From Desulfomicrobium sp. (GTDB lineage Bacteria > Desulfobacterota > Desulfovibrionia > Desulfovibrionales > Desulfomicrobiaceae), in the NCBI GenBank assembly GCA_040768745.1, contig JAXGMI010000003.1:1-64000 (forward strand): 64,000 nucleotides of DNA. The letters run 5' to 3'. Of the stretch, positions 39,421 to 49,906 are shown one piece after another. Made by a program: the position numbers and the translations under genes. The notes beneath the pieces were generated by a model. It saw only the letters and a list, made by a program, of their open reading frames with translations. It had not been told where the DNA came from and ran no database searches. Position 1 is the first letter of the stretch. Every line of letters begins with the position of its first letter.

Positions 39421-42051
39421 ATGACCGAGCCACAAGAACTCTCCCCGGCCCCCTCCACCGGGCCCAGGGCGTCTACCCTCCTGGTCACGACCGGTCTGGT
39501 CCTCCTTGGGCTGTGGGCCGCTCTGCCATGGGCGGCCTCCCGGGTCATTCCCATGCTCGCAGCCGACACGGCCATGGCCCCCCTGACCCTGGACGTCAGA
39601 AGGATCGGGCCGTTCGGCCTGGATCTGGCACAAATTGCAGGGGGGCCGCAGTCCTCCGTCCGCATCAAGAACCTGCAGGTGGACTGGAGCGTTGCGGGTC
39701 TGTTGCAGGGCAAGGTGGACGACGTGCGGGTCGTGGGTCTGGAAGTCCAGGTCCGGGAAACGGGCGGGAAATGGGAGGTTCCCTGCCTGACGGGAGGCCC
39801 TGAGTCCAGAGCCCACGGGTCTGCCCTGTTCCTGCCCGGGATCGAACGACTTGCCGTGGACGGTCGGGTCAACCTGGATGGCCGGGCATTGACCATGAGC
39901 CTCCCCTTTGCCGTCAACGGCTCCCTGGAACGGGGCGGGAGCGCTGTTCTGGACCTGCACGCAGCCCTGTCCGGACAGGACATGCAGGCCCGGATCCAGG
40001 CCAATCTTGCAGACAAGACCCTCCGCCTGAGCTGTTCCCTGCCCGATGCCTCCATCGCGGCCCTGACCCGACTGATCCCGGGGCGCAAGGACACACCCAC
40101 CAGCGGCTGGGTGCAGGTCCAGGCCGAGCTCGGCCTGGACCGGGACGGTAGGCCGCGCGTGGAGACAAGGCTTGAGGCGCGGGACTTCCAGGCCATGCTC
40201 GGCGCCGATCTTCTGGCCCAGGAGGGCAATGCCAGCGCGCAATTTGCCTGGCAGGAGGGCGAGCCCCACCTCATCATTTCTCCCGTCCGCCTGCGCTCAC
40301 CCCTGCCGGTGACAGTAGCCCTGCGCGACATTCGCGCCGATGTCGCAGCCAAGAACGTTGCCTTTTCCTGGGGGATCGAGCTGGGAAAGATGCCCGGACT
40401 GGCATGGACGACCACCCCCCGGCTGGCCGGGCAGACCAGCATCCAGTTCACGGACCAGGGCTTTGAGGCCCAAACCACGGCCGAACTCGGCCCCATCCGG
40501 ACCTCCCTGCCCAGCCATGCAGGCCTCTCGGCCAGCCTGGATCCAAGTCCGCTGCGCATCGCCATTTCATCCAACGCCACGGCAACGCATATGGACGCCA
40601 ATCTCGCCCTGGACGCCCTGAACCTGACCCGGGACAACCAAAGCGCCCGGCTCGCGGATTTGAACCTGCGCGCCAGCGCCTCCCTCAGTTCCGGCCGGAT
40701 CGTGGGTACGGCCAGCCTGGACGGGGGCAGGCTGGAGGCGAACCAGCCGGGCGCACGCCTGACCACCAACAGTCTCGGCGGCCAATGCGCATTCGACCTG
40801 GGAGACAACCAAACTGTCAGCGGGGTCGTGAGCGCCAGCGCCAGGGCCGTGTCGGGTCAGACAGCCGCCAATGTGAGCCTGCGTCTGCCCCTCGCCTGGC
40901 CCGCTCCGAGCGCCACGGCCGGACAGGCGCAGGCAGATCTGCAGTTCAGGGGCAAGACCGTGGCCAGAGGAGCGTCCTCTCTGCGTCAGAGCGCGCAGGG
41001 AATCGTGCTGGACGGGACGTTATCCCTGCTGCCCGTGGCCGTGCGCGCCGCCCTCAAGGGGCTGCTCGATCTGCGCAACCCCGCTTCCAGCTGGGTGCAG
41101 GTCAAGGCCGGCCAGAGCGTGTCCCTGCCCGGGAATCTGGCCCAGCTGGCCCCGACCCTGAAATCCCTGACCGGCAGCGCAAGACTGGACCTTGAAGCCC
41201 GCTGGGACACAGCCCGGGGCGGGCCCTCCTTCCCGGTGGAAGTGCGGCTGTCCGGTGCGACCCTGACCCATGGCCAGACCAAGACGACCCTGACCAACGC
41301 GAATCTGGGGCTTGCTTTTCCCGACCTGCTCGCCTTCCGGTCCGCTCCAGCCCAGCGCCTGCACTTCGACCGTCTGCAGCTGGGCTCCGTGGTCCTGGAA
41401 AAAGGGGACCTCCGCTTTCAGTTCGAAGCCCTGCACAGCATCCTGATCGAAGGGTGCCACGCCAGCTGGGCCGGTGGCCGCGTGGGCAGCCATGCCTTCC
41501 GCATCGACCCGGGGACCGAGGACTATACGGTTGAACTGTATTGCGATCGGGTCCAATTGGCCCAGGCCCTGAGCCAGTTCGGCATGACCAAAGCCCAGGG
41601 GGGCGGTACGGCCAACGGCCGCATCCCGGTCCGCTATAGCCGGGGCTCCATCAGCTTCGATGACGGCTTTCTCTATTCCACTCCCGGAGAAAACGGGGTA
41701 TTGCGCATCCCGGGCACCGAGATGCTCACCGCCGGCGTGCCGCCCGATTCGCCCCAGTTTGCCCAGCTGGACCTGGCCTCGGAAGCCCTCAAGGATTTCG
41801 CCTACGAATGGGCCAAGGTCGGCCTGAACACCCAAGATCAGGAGCTGCTCCTGGCCCTGCAGCTGGACGGCAGGCCGACACAGCCGCTGCCCTTTGCCTT
41901 CAACCGGGACATCGGCGGATTCACCCGCGTCACCGGGGAATCCCCGGGCTCGACCTTCCAGGGCATCCGCCTGGACGTGAATTTCCGCCTGCCTTTGGAT
42001 CAACTTCTGCAATACCGGAAGGTTCTCCAACTGATGAAAAACGGAGGTTAA
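39421..42051 (+). CDS. ydbH: YdbH (AsmA-like) intermembrane lipid transport protein
   Basis: N-terminal TM, long beta-rich body, C-terminal GRIPV...GVLRI...ALKDFAY...LQLDG; followed by ynbE and ydbL. Confidence 0.8.
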   Translation: MTEPQELSPAPSTGPRASTLLVTTGLVLLGLWAALPWAASRVIPMLAADTAMAPLTLDVRRIGPFGLDLAQIAGGPQSSVRIKNLQVDWSVAGLLQGKVDDVRVVGLEVQVRETGGKWEVPCLTGGPESRAHGSALFLPGIERLAVDGRVNLDGRALTMSLPFAVNGSLERGGSAVLDLHAALSGQDMQARIQANLADKTLRLSCSLPDASIAALTRLIPGRKDTPTSGWVQVQAELGLDRDGRPRVETRLEARDFQAMLGADLLAQEGNASAQFAWQEGEPHLIISPVRLRSPLPVTVALRDIRADVAAKNVAFSWGIELGKMPGLAWTTTPRLAGQTSIQFTDQGFEAQTTAELGPIRTSLPSHAGLSASLDPSPLRIAISSNATATHMDANLALDALNLTRDNQSARLADLNLRASASLSSGRIVGTASLDGGRLEANQPGARLTTNSLGGQCAFDLGDNQTVSGVVSASARAVSGQTAANVSLRLPLAWPAPSATAGQAQADLQFRGKTVARGASSLRQSAQGIVLDGTLSLLPVAVRAALKGLLDLRNPASSWVQVKAGQSVSLPGNLAQLAPTLKSLTGSARLDLEARWDTARGGPSFPVEVRLSGATLTHGQTKTTLTNANLGLAFPDLLAFRSAPAQRLHFDRLQLGSVVLEKGDLRFQFEALHSILIEGCHASWAGGRVGSHAFRIDPGTEDYTVELYCDRVQLAQALSQFGMTKAQGGGTANGRIPVRYSRGSISFDDGFLYSTPGENGVLRIPGTEMLTAGVPPDSPQFAQLDLASEALKDFAYEWAKVGLNTQDQELLLALQLDGRPTQPLPFAFNRDIGGFTRVTGESPGSTFQGIRLDVNFRLPLDQLLQYRKVLQLMKNGG

Positions 42052-42052
42052 T

Positions 42053-42256
42053 GTGCGTTCGTGCCTGCTTGTTCCCGTTTTCTGCCTGGGTCTGTGGATC
42101 CTGCCCGCGTGCAACACCAGGCATGAGGTGCAGATGGCCCCGGTGGAAGTCAAGCCCATCCACATCACCATCGACGTCAATGTCCGGGTCCAGAAGGACC
42201 TGGAAGACTTTTTCGGCGACATCGACAAGGCCGAGCAACAACTCAACCGGAAATAG
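42053..42256 (+). CDS. ynbE: YnbE-like lipoprotein
   Basis: Lipobox LPAC; KPIHITIDVNVRV...LEDFF. Confidence 0.8.
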   Translation: MRSCLLVPVFCLGLWILPACNTRHEVQMAPVEVKPIHITIDVNVRVQKDLEDFFGDIDKAEQQLNRK

Positions 42257-42265
42257 GGAAGACCC

Positions 42266-42637
42266 ATGGGACTCAAACATATTTGGACCTTCGCCATCGT
42301 GGCCGTGGCCGCCTTGTTCCTCTGCACGACCAATGCCCTGGGAGACGACATCAAGGACCGCATGAAGGCGCGTCTGCCCGTCATCAATGAACTCAAAGCC
42401 CAGGGGCTGGTAGGTGAAAACAATCAGGGGCTGCTGGAATTCCGGACCGGGCACACGCCCCAGGCCGATGTCGTGGCCGCCGAAAACCAGGATCGCAGGC
42501 AGGTCTACAAGGCCATCGCCGCCCGCCAGAACGCCACCCCCGAATTCGTCGGCCAGACCAGGGCCGCCCAGATCGCGGACAAGGAGCCTTCCGGATTCTG
42601 GATCCAGAACGCAGACGGATCCTGGACCAAAAAATAA
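42266..42637 (+). CDS. ydbL: YdbL (DUF1318) protein
   Basis: LKAQGLVGENNQGLL, ENQDRRQVYKAIA, WIQNADGSW. Confidence 0.85.
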   Translation: MGLKHIWTFAIVAVAALFLCTTNALGDDIKDRMKARLPVINELKAQGLVGENNQGLLEFRTGHTPQADVVAAENQDRRQVYKAIAARQNATPEFVGQTRAAQIADKEPSGFWIQNADGSWTKK

Positions 42638-42967
42638 ATGCCGGGATGCGGCGGCAGGGTGAAAAACGGCACTTTTCCGCCGCTGTCCCCACGACCCGTC
42701 CGCTCCGACCCGCCCTTTTCTGGTCCGTCCGGAAGTTCGTGGTGCCGGGATTCCGGGCGGTTTCAGGATCAGATCCGCGTTCCGGGACCGGACCGGCCCC
42801 CGCACGCACGAGTCCCGTCTTGACCATCGGCCCGCAACCTGCTCTTGCAGCCTCCGTCCGGAACCTGCCAGGCCGCGTTTCTTGACCCGGAACAGTCCAG
42901 GCAGTAGAGCTGCCGGGCTGCATGGGGCCAGCCCCTCAATTCACTGTCCCGCATTAAGGAAAGCAAC

Positions 42968-43843
42968 ATGAACCCCCGCGTCCTGCGCGCCAATATCCTG
43001 CTTCTGCTGACCGCCCTGATCTGGGGCGCCGCTTTCGTGGCTCAGCGCATGGGCATGGACCATATGGGCCCCCTGACCTTCAACGGAATCCGCTTCGCCA
43101 TCGGGTCCCTGGCCCTGCTGCCCTTGATCCGTCACATGGGGGGACGCAGGACAACCCAAGCTCCGGGCCTTTCGGGAATGCTCCGCAGCGGCATGCTCAT
43201 GGGCGGCCTCCTCTTCCTGGGCGCCTGGCTGCAGCAGTTCGGCCTGTGCTACACCACGGCCGGCAAGGCCGGGTTCATCACCGGTCTCTACGTGGTGTTC
43301 GTCCCCCTGATCGGCATTTTCCTGGGCCACCGCTATGGGTTTGGCACCTGGGCCGGGTCGGCACTGGCCATGGCCGGGATGTACCTCCTGAGCGTCACCG
43401 AGAGCATGTCCATCGGCAAGGGGGATCTGCTGGTCCTTGCCTCAGCTTTTTTCTGGGCCGCGCATGTCATTGTGGTCGGCAAACTGACCCGGGGCATCGC
43501 CGCCGTGGACGCCGTCATACTGTCCTCCATCCAGTTCGCCACCTGCAGTCTGGCCAGTCTGGCCGGAGCGGTCGTGGTCGAAGACATCACCCTGGCCGGC
43601 CTGCGGGGAGGAATCATCCCCCTCCTCTACGGAGGGTTGATGAGCGTGGGCGTGGCCTACACCCTGCAGGTCGTGGCCCAGCGTGACGCCCGGCCCGCCC
43701 CGGCGGCCATCATTTTGAGCCTGGAGGCCGTGTTTGCAGTGCTGACCGGCTGGCTGCTGCTGGGGGAAACACTGACGCTCCAGGCCCTGATCGGCTGTGC
43801 CCTGATGCTGGGTGGAATGATCTGGTCCCAGATCAGACCCTGA
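42968..43843 (+). CDS. DMT/EamA family transporter
   Basis: ALIWGAAFVAQ, TTAGKAGFITGLYVV, AYTLQVVAQ; about 10 TM. Confidence 0.9.
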   Translation: MNPRVLRANILLLLTALIWGAAFVAQRMGMDHMGPLTFNGIRFAIGSLALLPLIRHMGGRRTTQAPGLSGMLRSGMLMGGLLFLGAWLQQFGLCYTTAGKAGFITGLYVVFVPLIGIFLGHRYGFGTWAGSALAMAGMYLLSVTESMSIGKGDLLVLASAFFWAAHVIVVGKLTRGIAAVDAVILSSIQFATCSLASLAGAVVVEDITLAGLRGGIIPLLYGGLMSVGVAYTLQVVAQRDARPAPAAIILSLEAVFAVLTGWLLLGETLTLQALIGCALMLGGMIWSQIRP

Positions 43844-43869
43844 ACAACGACGCACCCCTGAGACGCACC

Positions 43870-44721
43870 ATGCAAGTCAGACACCTCTTCTCGAGCCTGT
43901 CCACCCGCTGCCGCCGGCATCCCCGGATCGCCCTCATCGCCCTGGCAGCCGTCATTGTGGCCCTTGTCGCTGCGCAGAGACTTTTTCCATGCCTTTTCCG
44001 GCAATTCCCCGCCCTGCACGAGATTTCCCCTCCGCGGCCGATCCCTGCCATTCCCAAAAACCTGTCCGGGCTGACCTGGAACGAGGAAACCGCCACCCTG
44101 TTTGCCGTGACGAACCAGCCCGAGCTCGTCTTTGAGCTGACTCCCCAGGGACAGGTCCTGCGGCAGGTCAGGCTGCGCGGCTTCGAGGACACCGAAGGCA
44201 TTGCGCACATCAAGGGCACCCTCTTCGCGGTGGTGGAAGAACGCAGGGCCATCCTCGACATCTTCCACATTCCGGACAATGCCACGGAGGTGGATCACAC
44301 CGGGGCCCAGCGCCTGCAACTCGGCCCGGAAGACCCGAAAAACAAGGGCTTCGAGAGTCTGGCGTACGATCCCGGGACCAGGACCCTGCACACAATGCGC
44401 GAAGGCAGGCCCTTTGTCCGCCTCTCCATTCCCCTGGACGGGCACTTCCGCCCCGGGAGCATCCAGCACAGCCCCCTCCCCGAGCTCAATGTGCGGGACG
44501 TGGCGTCGGTCATCCGCGAACCAGACGGAACCCTGTGGATCCTGAGCGAGAAATCCTCGTGCATCGTCCTGTTGGGTGGGGATGGCCGTGTGCTGCGCAC
44601 GTTCAAGCTCGACGTGGACCCGGAGTCCTTCAGGCCCGAAGGCATCACCCGCGCCCCGGACGGCAGGATTTTTCTCGTCGGCGAGCCCAACATCCTGGCA
44701 GAATACGCCCTGCCGCACTGA
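43870..44721 (+). CDS. SdiA-regulated (YjiK-like) beta-propeller protein
   Basis: NLSGLTWN, DTEGIA, NKGFESLAYD, PEGIT...VGEPN. Confidence 0.8.
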   Translation: MQVRHLFSSLSTRCRRHPRIALIALAAVIVALVAAQRLFPCLFRQFPALHEISPPRPIPAIPKNLSGLTWNEETATLFAVTNQPELVFELTPQGQVLRQVRLRGFEDTEGIAHIKGTLFAVVEERRAILDIFHIPDNATEVDHTGAQRLQLGPEDPKNKGFESLAYDPGTRTLHTMREGRPFVRLSIPLDGHFRPGSIQHSPLPELNVRDVASVIREPDGTLWILSEKSSCIVLLGGDGRVLRTFKLDVDPESFRPEGITRAPDGRIFLVGEPNILAEYALPH

Positions 44722-44838
44722 AAAGCCGAGCGCTTCCCGGTCATCAGCCCGGCCCCCGGCCCATTTCCCTCTTGCATTGCCGGGTGAAAAGCGTAGTCCA
44801 CCCATGCTGATTGACTGAACAATGAGGAGGAGATCAGA

Positions 44839-46437
44839 GTGGTGGAACTGTTCAACAATCCCGTTTTCCTGCTTCTGGCCGTCATCCTGTGCGGCTACGG
44901 ACTTGGCCGGATCAGGCTCAAAACGCTCTCGCTGGGCTCCGCGGCCATCATCTTTGCCGGGCTGGCCTTCGGTCTGGCCGATTACGGACTCCCTCCCGTA
45001 CTCCAATCCCTGGGCCTGTCCCTCTTCATTTTTGCCGTCGGTCAGCAGGCCGGGCCTGGTTTTGTGCATTCCATGCGGCGTGAAGGCTTTACCCTGATCC
45101 TGGGGACCCTGGGCATGATCGCCGTGGGCCTGGGGGTGGCCCTGCTCCTCAAATCCTGGCTCGGATTCTCCCCCGACATAACGGCCGGCCTTTTCGCCGG
45201 GGCCCTGACCTCCACCCCGTCCCTGGCCGTGGCCGTGGAAATGTCCCACGACAGCCAGGCTCCGGCAGCCTACGGCGTGACCTATCTTTTCAGCGTGATC
45301 GGGGTTGTCCTGCTGGTCAGGCTCATGCCCTGGGCCCTGGGCGTGTCCATCCGTCAGGAAGAGGAACGGCTGGAGCAGGAAATGGCCCTGCTCCACCCGC
45401 AGGTGGACTTCACGCACTTGCGGGTCACCAATCAGAACCTGTGTGCAGGGCCGCTCCGTCAGGTCCTGCCCGAGGGCATGGCCGGGGTGACCATCACCCG
45501 GGTGCTGCGCAGCGGGGCCCGCGCACCGGAGCTGGCCACGGCCGAGAGCGTGCTGAACATAGGTGATCTGGTGCGGGTGGTCGGAACGAGGGACATGTTG
45601 CACCAGGCCGAGGTCATCATCGGCCCGGCCGTGGAGGCGGACCTGACCTTCAATTCCCTGCTGGTCAAAAAGGAAATCCTGCTCTCGCGCAAGGACGTGG
45701 CCGGAAAGACCCTGCGCGCCCTGAATCTGACCCATGTCTACGGGGTGCAGGTCTCGCGGATCACCAGGAACGGGTTCGACTGCCCGGCCGGGGCCAATGT
45801 CCGTCTGCGCCAGGGCGACGTCGTGCACGTGGTCGGGCACCCCGAGGCCCTGGAAAACGTCAAGAAACTGCTGGGCGACGACGTGCGGGAACTCTATGTG
45901 GTCAGCGTGGCCGTTATCCTATCCGGCCTGTTCTGCGGCATGCTCCTCGGAACAATCCCCCTCTATCTGCCCGGCCTGGGCCTTTTCACCCTCGGTCCCA
46001 CCGGGGGGATACTCCTGGCCGGACTTGGATTCGGGGCCATTCGCCAGATCGGCCCAATGGTCACCGAGCTGCCGCCCACGGCCACGACCATGCTGCGCGA
46101 CCTGGGGTTGGGCCTCTTCCTGGCCGCGGTCGGAACCAAGGCCGGAGCCACCCTGGTCCCGACCATGACCCAGTACGGACCGGCCCTGATCCTGGCCGGG
46201 GCGGCCGTCACCGTCTCCACCGCCCTGGCCGGCGCCGCCTTGTGCTTGCTTGCCTTACGCGTTCCGTTCCTGCGCACCCTCGGCGTCGTCGCCGGAGGCA
46301 TGACCTCCACCACCGGCCTGGACGCGGCCGCCGGCGTGAGCCCCACCACCTATGCGGCCACGGCCTTCGCCACGGTCTATCCTGTGGCCCTCATCGGCAA
46401 GATAGTGGCCACCAAGATCATCATGCTCCTGGGATGA
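44839..46437 (+). CDS. Aspartate:alanine exchanger family (YidE/YbjL) transporter with TrkA-C domains
   Basis: GLSLFIFAVG..AGPGF, AGALTSTPSL, two soluble RCK-C domains, GGMTST. Confidence 0.88.
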   Translation: MVELFNNPVFLLLAVILCGYGLGRIRLKTLSLGSAAIIFAGLAFGLADYGLPPVLQSLGLSLFIFAVGQQAGPGFVHSMRREGFTLILGTLGMIAVGLGVALLLKSWLGFSPDITAGLFAGALTSTPSLAVAVEMSHDSQAPAAYGVTYLFSVIGVVLLVRLMPWALGVSIRQEEERLEQEMALLHPQVDFTHLRVTNQNLCAGPLRQVLPEGMAGVTITRVLRSGARAPELATAESVLNIGDLVRVVGTRDMLHQAEVIIGPAVEADLTFNSLLVKKEILLSRKDVAGKTLRALNLTHVYGVQVSRITRNGFDCPAGANVRLRQGDVVHVVGHPEALENVKKLLGDDVRELYVVSVAVILSGLFCGMLLGTIPLYLPGLGLFTLGPTGGILLAGLGFGAIRQIGPMVTELPPTATTMLRDLGLGLFLAAVGTKAGATLVPTMTQYGPALILAGAAVTVSTALAGAALCLLALRVPFLRTLGVVAGGMTSTTGLDAAAGVSPTTYAATAFATVYPVALIGKIVATKIIMLLG

Positions 46438-46449
46438 TCGCGGTCCTCT

Positions 46450-46928
46450 TCAGTTTCCTGACCCGCCCTTGACCACGGGCCCGTCAGCCGCGCCCGTGTT
46501 CTCGGGCATGGGTGCGGCCACGACTTCGCCGCGGACGCTGACCTGGCCCAGAGCCAGGATCTCCACCACCGCCGCGATCTTCCTGCCGCGACGCTCCTTG
46601 ACTGCGCCCCGCGGCTCCAGCTCCGGCCCCAGGGGCGTGGCCGCAGAAAGTCCAGGCGCAGCAAGGCGGTCACGAACCGGGGCACCACCCCATGGCCAGG
46701 GCAGACAGAGGCCGTGGCCACGCCGTGACAGTCCACCAGCGAGGCCAGAAGCCCGCCGTATACGAATCCTGGCAGGGCGATGTGCTCCGGCCGGGGCGTG
46801 AACCGGGCCAGGCATTGATCCCCGTCCCAAAGGAAGGTGATGTGCAGCCCGTGCCTGTTATTTTTGCCGCACCCTTAGCAATGGCTCAACTCCTCGCCAT
46901 AACGGTGCTGCACCGGAAGGACGGTCAT
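46450..46928 (-). pseudogene. PaaI-family thioesterase pseudogene
   Basis: MTVLPVQHRYGEELSHC*GCGKNNRHGLH...GFVYGGLLASLVDCHG...FVTALLRLDFLRP, then a frameshift into TPLGPELE...; in-frame TAA at 46877-46875. Confidence 0.8.
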
Positions 46929-47066
46929 GGCTTCCTTTTGACCGTGAAAAGGACACAACCCATGCCTCCAAGGCCGCGGCCCAGGGGGCCCGGCGTTGCC
47001 TCTGCCGGATGGCTCATGCCCGCGCTCCGGCCGCGGGACATGCCGCCACCCGTCTTCATCCCAGCC

Positions 47067-47336
47067 CTACTGCTTCTTCTGCCCCGACAGCCATTCTATG
47101 ATGGCTGTGTGCTCTTCCTGGCTCACAACCGGAGCTTTCTTCTTGGCCAGCATCCGGTCCACGGTCACTGTCCAGGCGGCCTTGTCCTTGACACCGTAGG
47201 CAGCCTTGACCCTGGCCAGGTCGTGACAGGCCGCGCAGGTCTTCTCCACCAGAGGACCGCCGTCCCCTGCAAGGGCGAAAACCGGCATCAGACAAAGCAC
47301 CATCGCCACCATCCACACACCTGCTGTCCTTTTCAT
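47067..47336 (-). CDS. Small periplasmic monoheme c-type cytochrome
   Basis: Signal peptide, CAACH heme motif, candidate distal Met (VDRM). Confidence 0.8.
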   Translation of the reverse strand: MKRTAGVWMVAMVLCLMPVFALAGDGGPLVEKTCAACHDLARVKAAYGVKDKAAWTVTVDRMLAKKKAPVVSQEEHTAIIEWLSGQKKQ

Positions 47337-47465
47337 GTTTGCTCCTGCATTGAACGTGCAATGACACCGTGGAAACTCCTGTAGCGCAGCATTGCTCTGA
47401 TGAAAAGACAGGGGAGAAAATGGCAGACACGGACTCTCGGCATCCCGGAGGTTTTCTGCCCGTTC

Positions 47466-48842
47466 TCACGCGTCGTCAGGCTGCCTGCTGTTTCCCCGCG
47501 CAAGGGAGAGGAACACACCGGCCACGCAGAGACCTGCACAGACCTCGAAGATGATGCGCATGCTGACCAGGAACTGCGCAACCGTGTCGGCGCCCACAGG
47601 CCGCCCCTGCATGGTGAAGCCGAAAACCACGCTGGCGACACCCATGGACAAGGACATGCCGAAGGTGCGCATGGTCGCCACAAGGCTGGAGGCGATGCTG
47701 TAATCCTTGGGAGAGACACTGCCCATGATGACGTTCATGTTGGGCGAGGCGAAAAGGGCGAACCCCAACCCCATCAGGGCCAGCATCCCCACGACCGTCC
47801 AGACCCCCGTGTCCTCCCTGACGAAGCCCAGGCCCAGCAGGCCGACCCCGCACAGGGCCATGCCCAGGGTGGCCATGAACCCCGCGTTGAAACGGTCGGA
47901 CAGCACCCCGGCCACAGGGGAGAGCACGGCCTGCACCGCGGGTTGCACGACGAGCACGAGCCCGGCGTGCACCGGCAAGAATCCCTTGACCACCTGCAGA
48001 TAGAGACTGAGCAGGAATCCCACCGCAAAGGTGCCGGAGTAGTTGATCATGGTTGCCAGGGTGGACATCAGAAAAACCCGGTTTCCTGTGAACAGCCGCA
48101 GGCTGACCACCGGATGCTCGGCCCGACGAAGATGGCGCACCAGGAAGATCATGGCTGCTGCGGCCAGTCCGAGCATGGTCAACCCCCACCGGGGTTCGGC
48201 CAGGCCGGTCAGGCCTTTGATCCCGGTCAGCACCACGGCTGCGTACAGCACGGTTCCCGCCACATCGAAGGTCTCGTCCCGGGCCGGACGCCATTCCTGG
48301 TCAATCCGGCAGGCCAGGATCCAGGCCAGAATTCCGGGAATGAGGCAGAGGTAGAACACGGCCCGCCATCCGGCCCAATCCGTCAGCAGGCCGCCCAGAA
48401 GCGGACCCACCGAGAGTCCGACATAGACGCAGCCGATGACGATGCCCATGGCCCGGCCCCGATCCTTGGCCGGGTAAAGGCTGGTGACAATGGCAATGCC
48501 GGTGGAGTTGATCATGGCCGCCCCGATGCCCTGCAGCACACGCAAAAAGATCAGGGCTCCGATGGACCAGGACAGGGACACCAGCATAGTGGACAGGGTG
48601 AACCAGGCCGTGCCCCACACAAAAACCCTCCGGCGGCCGACGATGTCCGCTATGCGCCCGATGGGCAGCAGAATCACGGAAAGGGAGAGCACATAGCCTC
48701 CCACAACCCAGCTCAATTCCACGGCTGTGGCGGAAAGGGCGGTCTGGATGGTCGGCAGGGCGATGCCCACGGCGGACATCATGAACGGGACGAGAAAACT
48801 GGCCACGGCCGAGGCGGCCAAAGCGGTGGAACGAGTGGACAT
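47466..48842 (-). CDS. MFS transporter (DHA2-like, 14 TM)
   Basis: GRIADIVGRRRVF motif A, RVLQGIGAAM, GPLLGGLL. Confidence 0.92.
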   Translation of the reverse strand: MSTRSTALAASAVASFLVPFMMSAVGIALPTIQTALSATAVELSWVVGGYVLSLSVILLPIGRIADIVGRRRVFVWGTAWFTLSTMLVSLSWSIGALIFLRVLQGIGAAMINSTGIAIVTSLYPAKDRGRAMGIVIGCVYVGLSVGPLLGGLLTDWAGWRAVFYLCLIPGILAWILACRIDQEWRPARDETFDVAGTVLYAAVVLTGIKGLTGLAEPRWGLTMLGLAAAAMIFLVRHLRRAEHPVVSLRLFTGNRVFLMSTLATMINYSGTFAVGFLLSLYLQVVKGFLPVHAGLVLVVQPAVQAVLSPVAGVLSDRFNAGFMATLGMALCGVGLLGLGFVREDTGVWTVVGMLALMGLGFALFASPNMNVIMGSVSPKDYSIASSLVATMRTFGMSLSMGVASVVFGFTMQGRPVGADTVAQFLVSMRIIFEVCAGLCVAGVFLSLARGNSRQPDDA

Positions 48843-48991
48843 GGACCCTCCGGAACGACCCGACATGGGTAGCCTGACAGGCCGGCCAGGGCAAGCATGC
48901 CGATCCAGGGCAAAATCGGCGGATCAGGGCCTGGAGCCCTCTTGTTTTCAGCAAATCGATGATCTATCGGCTTGGGGCGCAAGGAGGCTGT

Positions 48992-49906
48992 ATGCTGCAA
49001 TCCATGAATGAACTGCGGGACCGCGCTCTGGCCCTGCCCCGTCAGACCGTGGCCGTGGCCTGCGCCCACGACAAGGAAGCCATGAAGGCCGTGGCGCAGG
49101 CCCATTCGCTGGGCCTGGCCCATTTCGTTCTCGTGGGCAACACGGACAAGATCAAAACCATTGCCGATAAATTGGAACTGAACCTGGACAGCTTCGAGCT
49201 GGTCGAAGCCCGCGGCGAAGAGGCCGGAGCGGCCAGCGCCGTCAAGGTGGTCGCCTCGGGGCGGGCCCAGATCCTCCTCAAAGGCTTCCTCGACTCTTCC
49301 GTCCTGCTCAAGGCCGTGCTGGACCGCAGCACAGGTCTGCGCGACGGAGGCATGGTCAGCCATACCGTGGTCATGGACGTGCCGGGATTCCCCAAACTCT
49401 ATCTTTTGACCGACGCGGCCATGAACATCCGGCCGGACTTGGAGGCCAAGCGGCAGATCGTGCTCAACGCCGTGAAGGTCGCCAACGCGCTGGGCAATCA
49501 CGATCCCATTGTCGGCGTGCTCTGCGAGTCCGAAAAGGTCAATCCCAAGATGCCGGCGACCATGGACGCCTCGGCCCTGGTGGAAATGAACCGCAACGGC
49601 GGTCTGCCAGGCTGCAGGGTCGGCGGGCCCTATGCCCTGGACAACGCCATCAGCGAGGTGGCCGCCCGGCACAAAGGCATGAAAGACCCCTTGGCCGGCA
49701 GGGCCGACATCCTGCTGGCCCCTGATCTGGCGGCAGGCAACATCTTCTACAAATGCCTCATGTACTTCGCCCGGGCCAGGTCCGCCGGCGTGGTCATGGG
49801 CACCAAGGCCCCCGTGCTGCTCAATTCCAGGGCAGATTCCCACGAGACAAAGATCAACGCCGTGGCCCTGGGCATCCTCATCGCCGCTGCCGGGGGCAGG
49901 GCGTGA
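48992..49906 (+). CDS. ptb: Phosphate butyryl/acyltransferase
   Basis: LLKG, LTDAAMNIRP, GPYALDNAIS, PDLAAGN, NSRADS. Confidence 0.9.
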   Translation: MLQSMNELRDRALALPRQTVAVACAHDKEAMKAVAQAHSLGLAHFVLVGNTDKIKTIADKLELNLDSFELVEARGEEAGAASAVKVVASGRAQILLKGFLDSSVLLKAVLDRSTGLRDGGMVSHTVVMDVPGFPKLYLLTDAAMNIRPDLEAKRQIVLNAVKVANALGNHDPIVGVLCESEKVNPKMPATMDASALVEMNRNGGLPGCRVGGPYALDNAISEVAARHKGMKDPLAGRADILLAPDLAAGNIFYKCLMYFARARSAGVVMGTKAPVLLNSRADSHETKINAVALGILIAAAGGRA

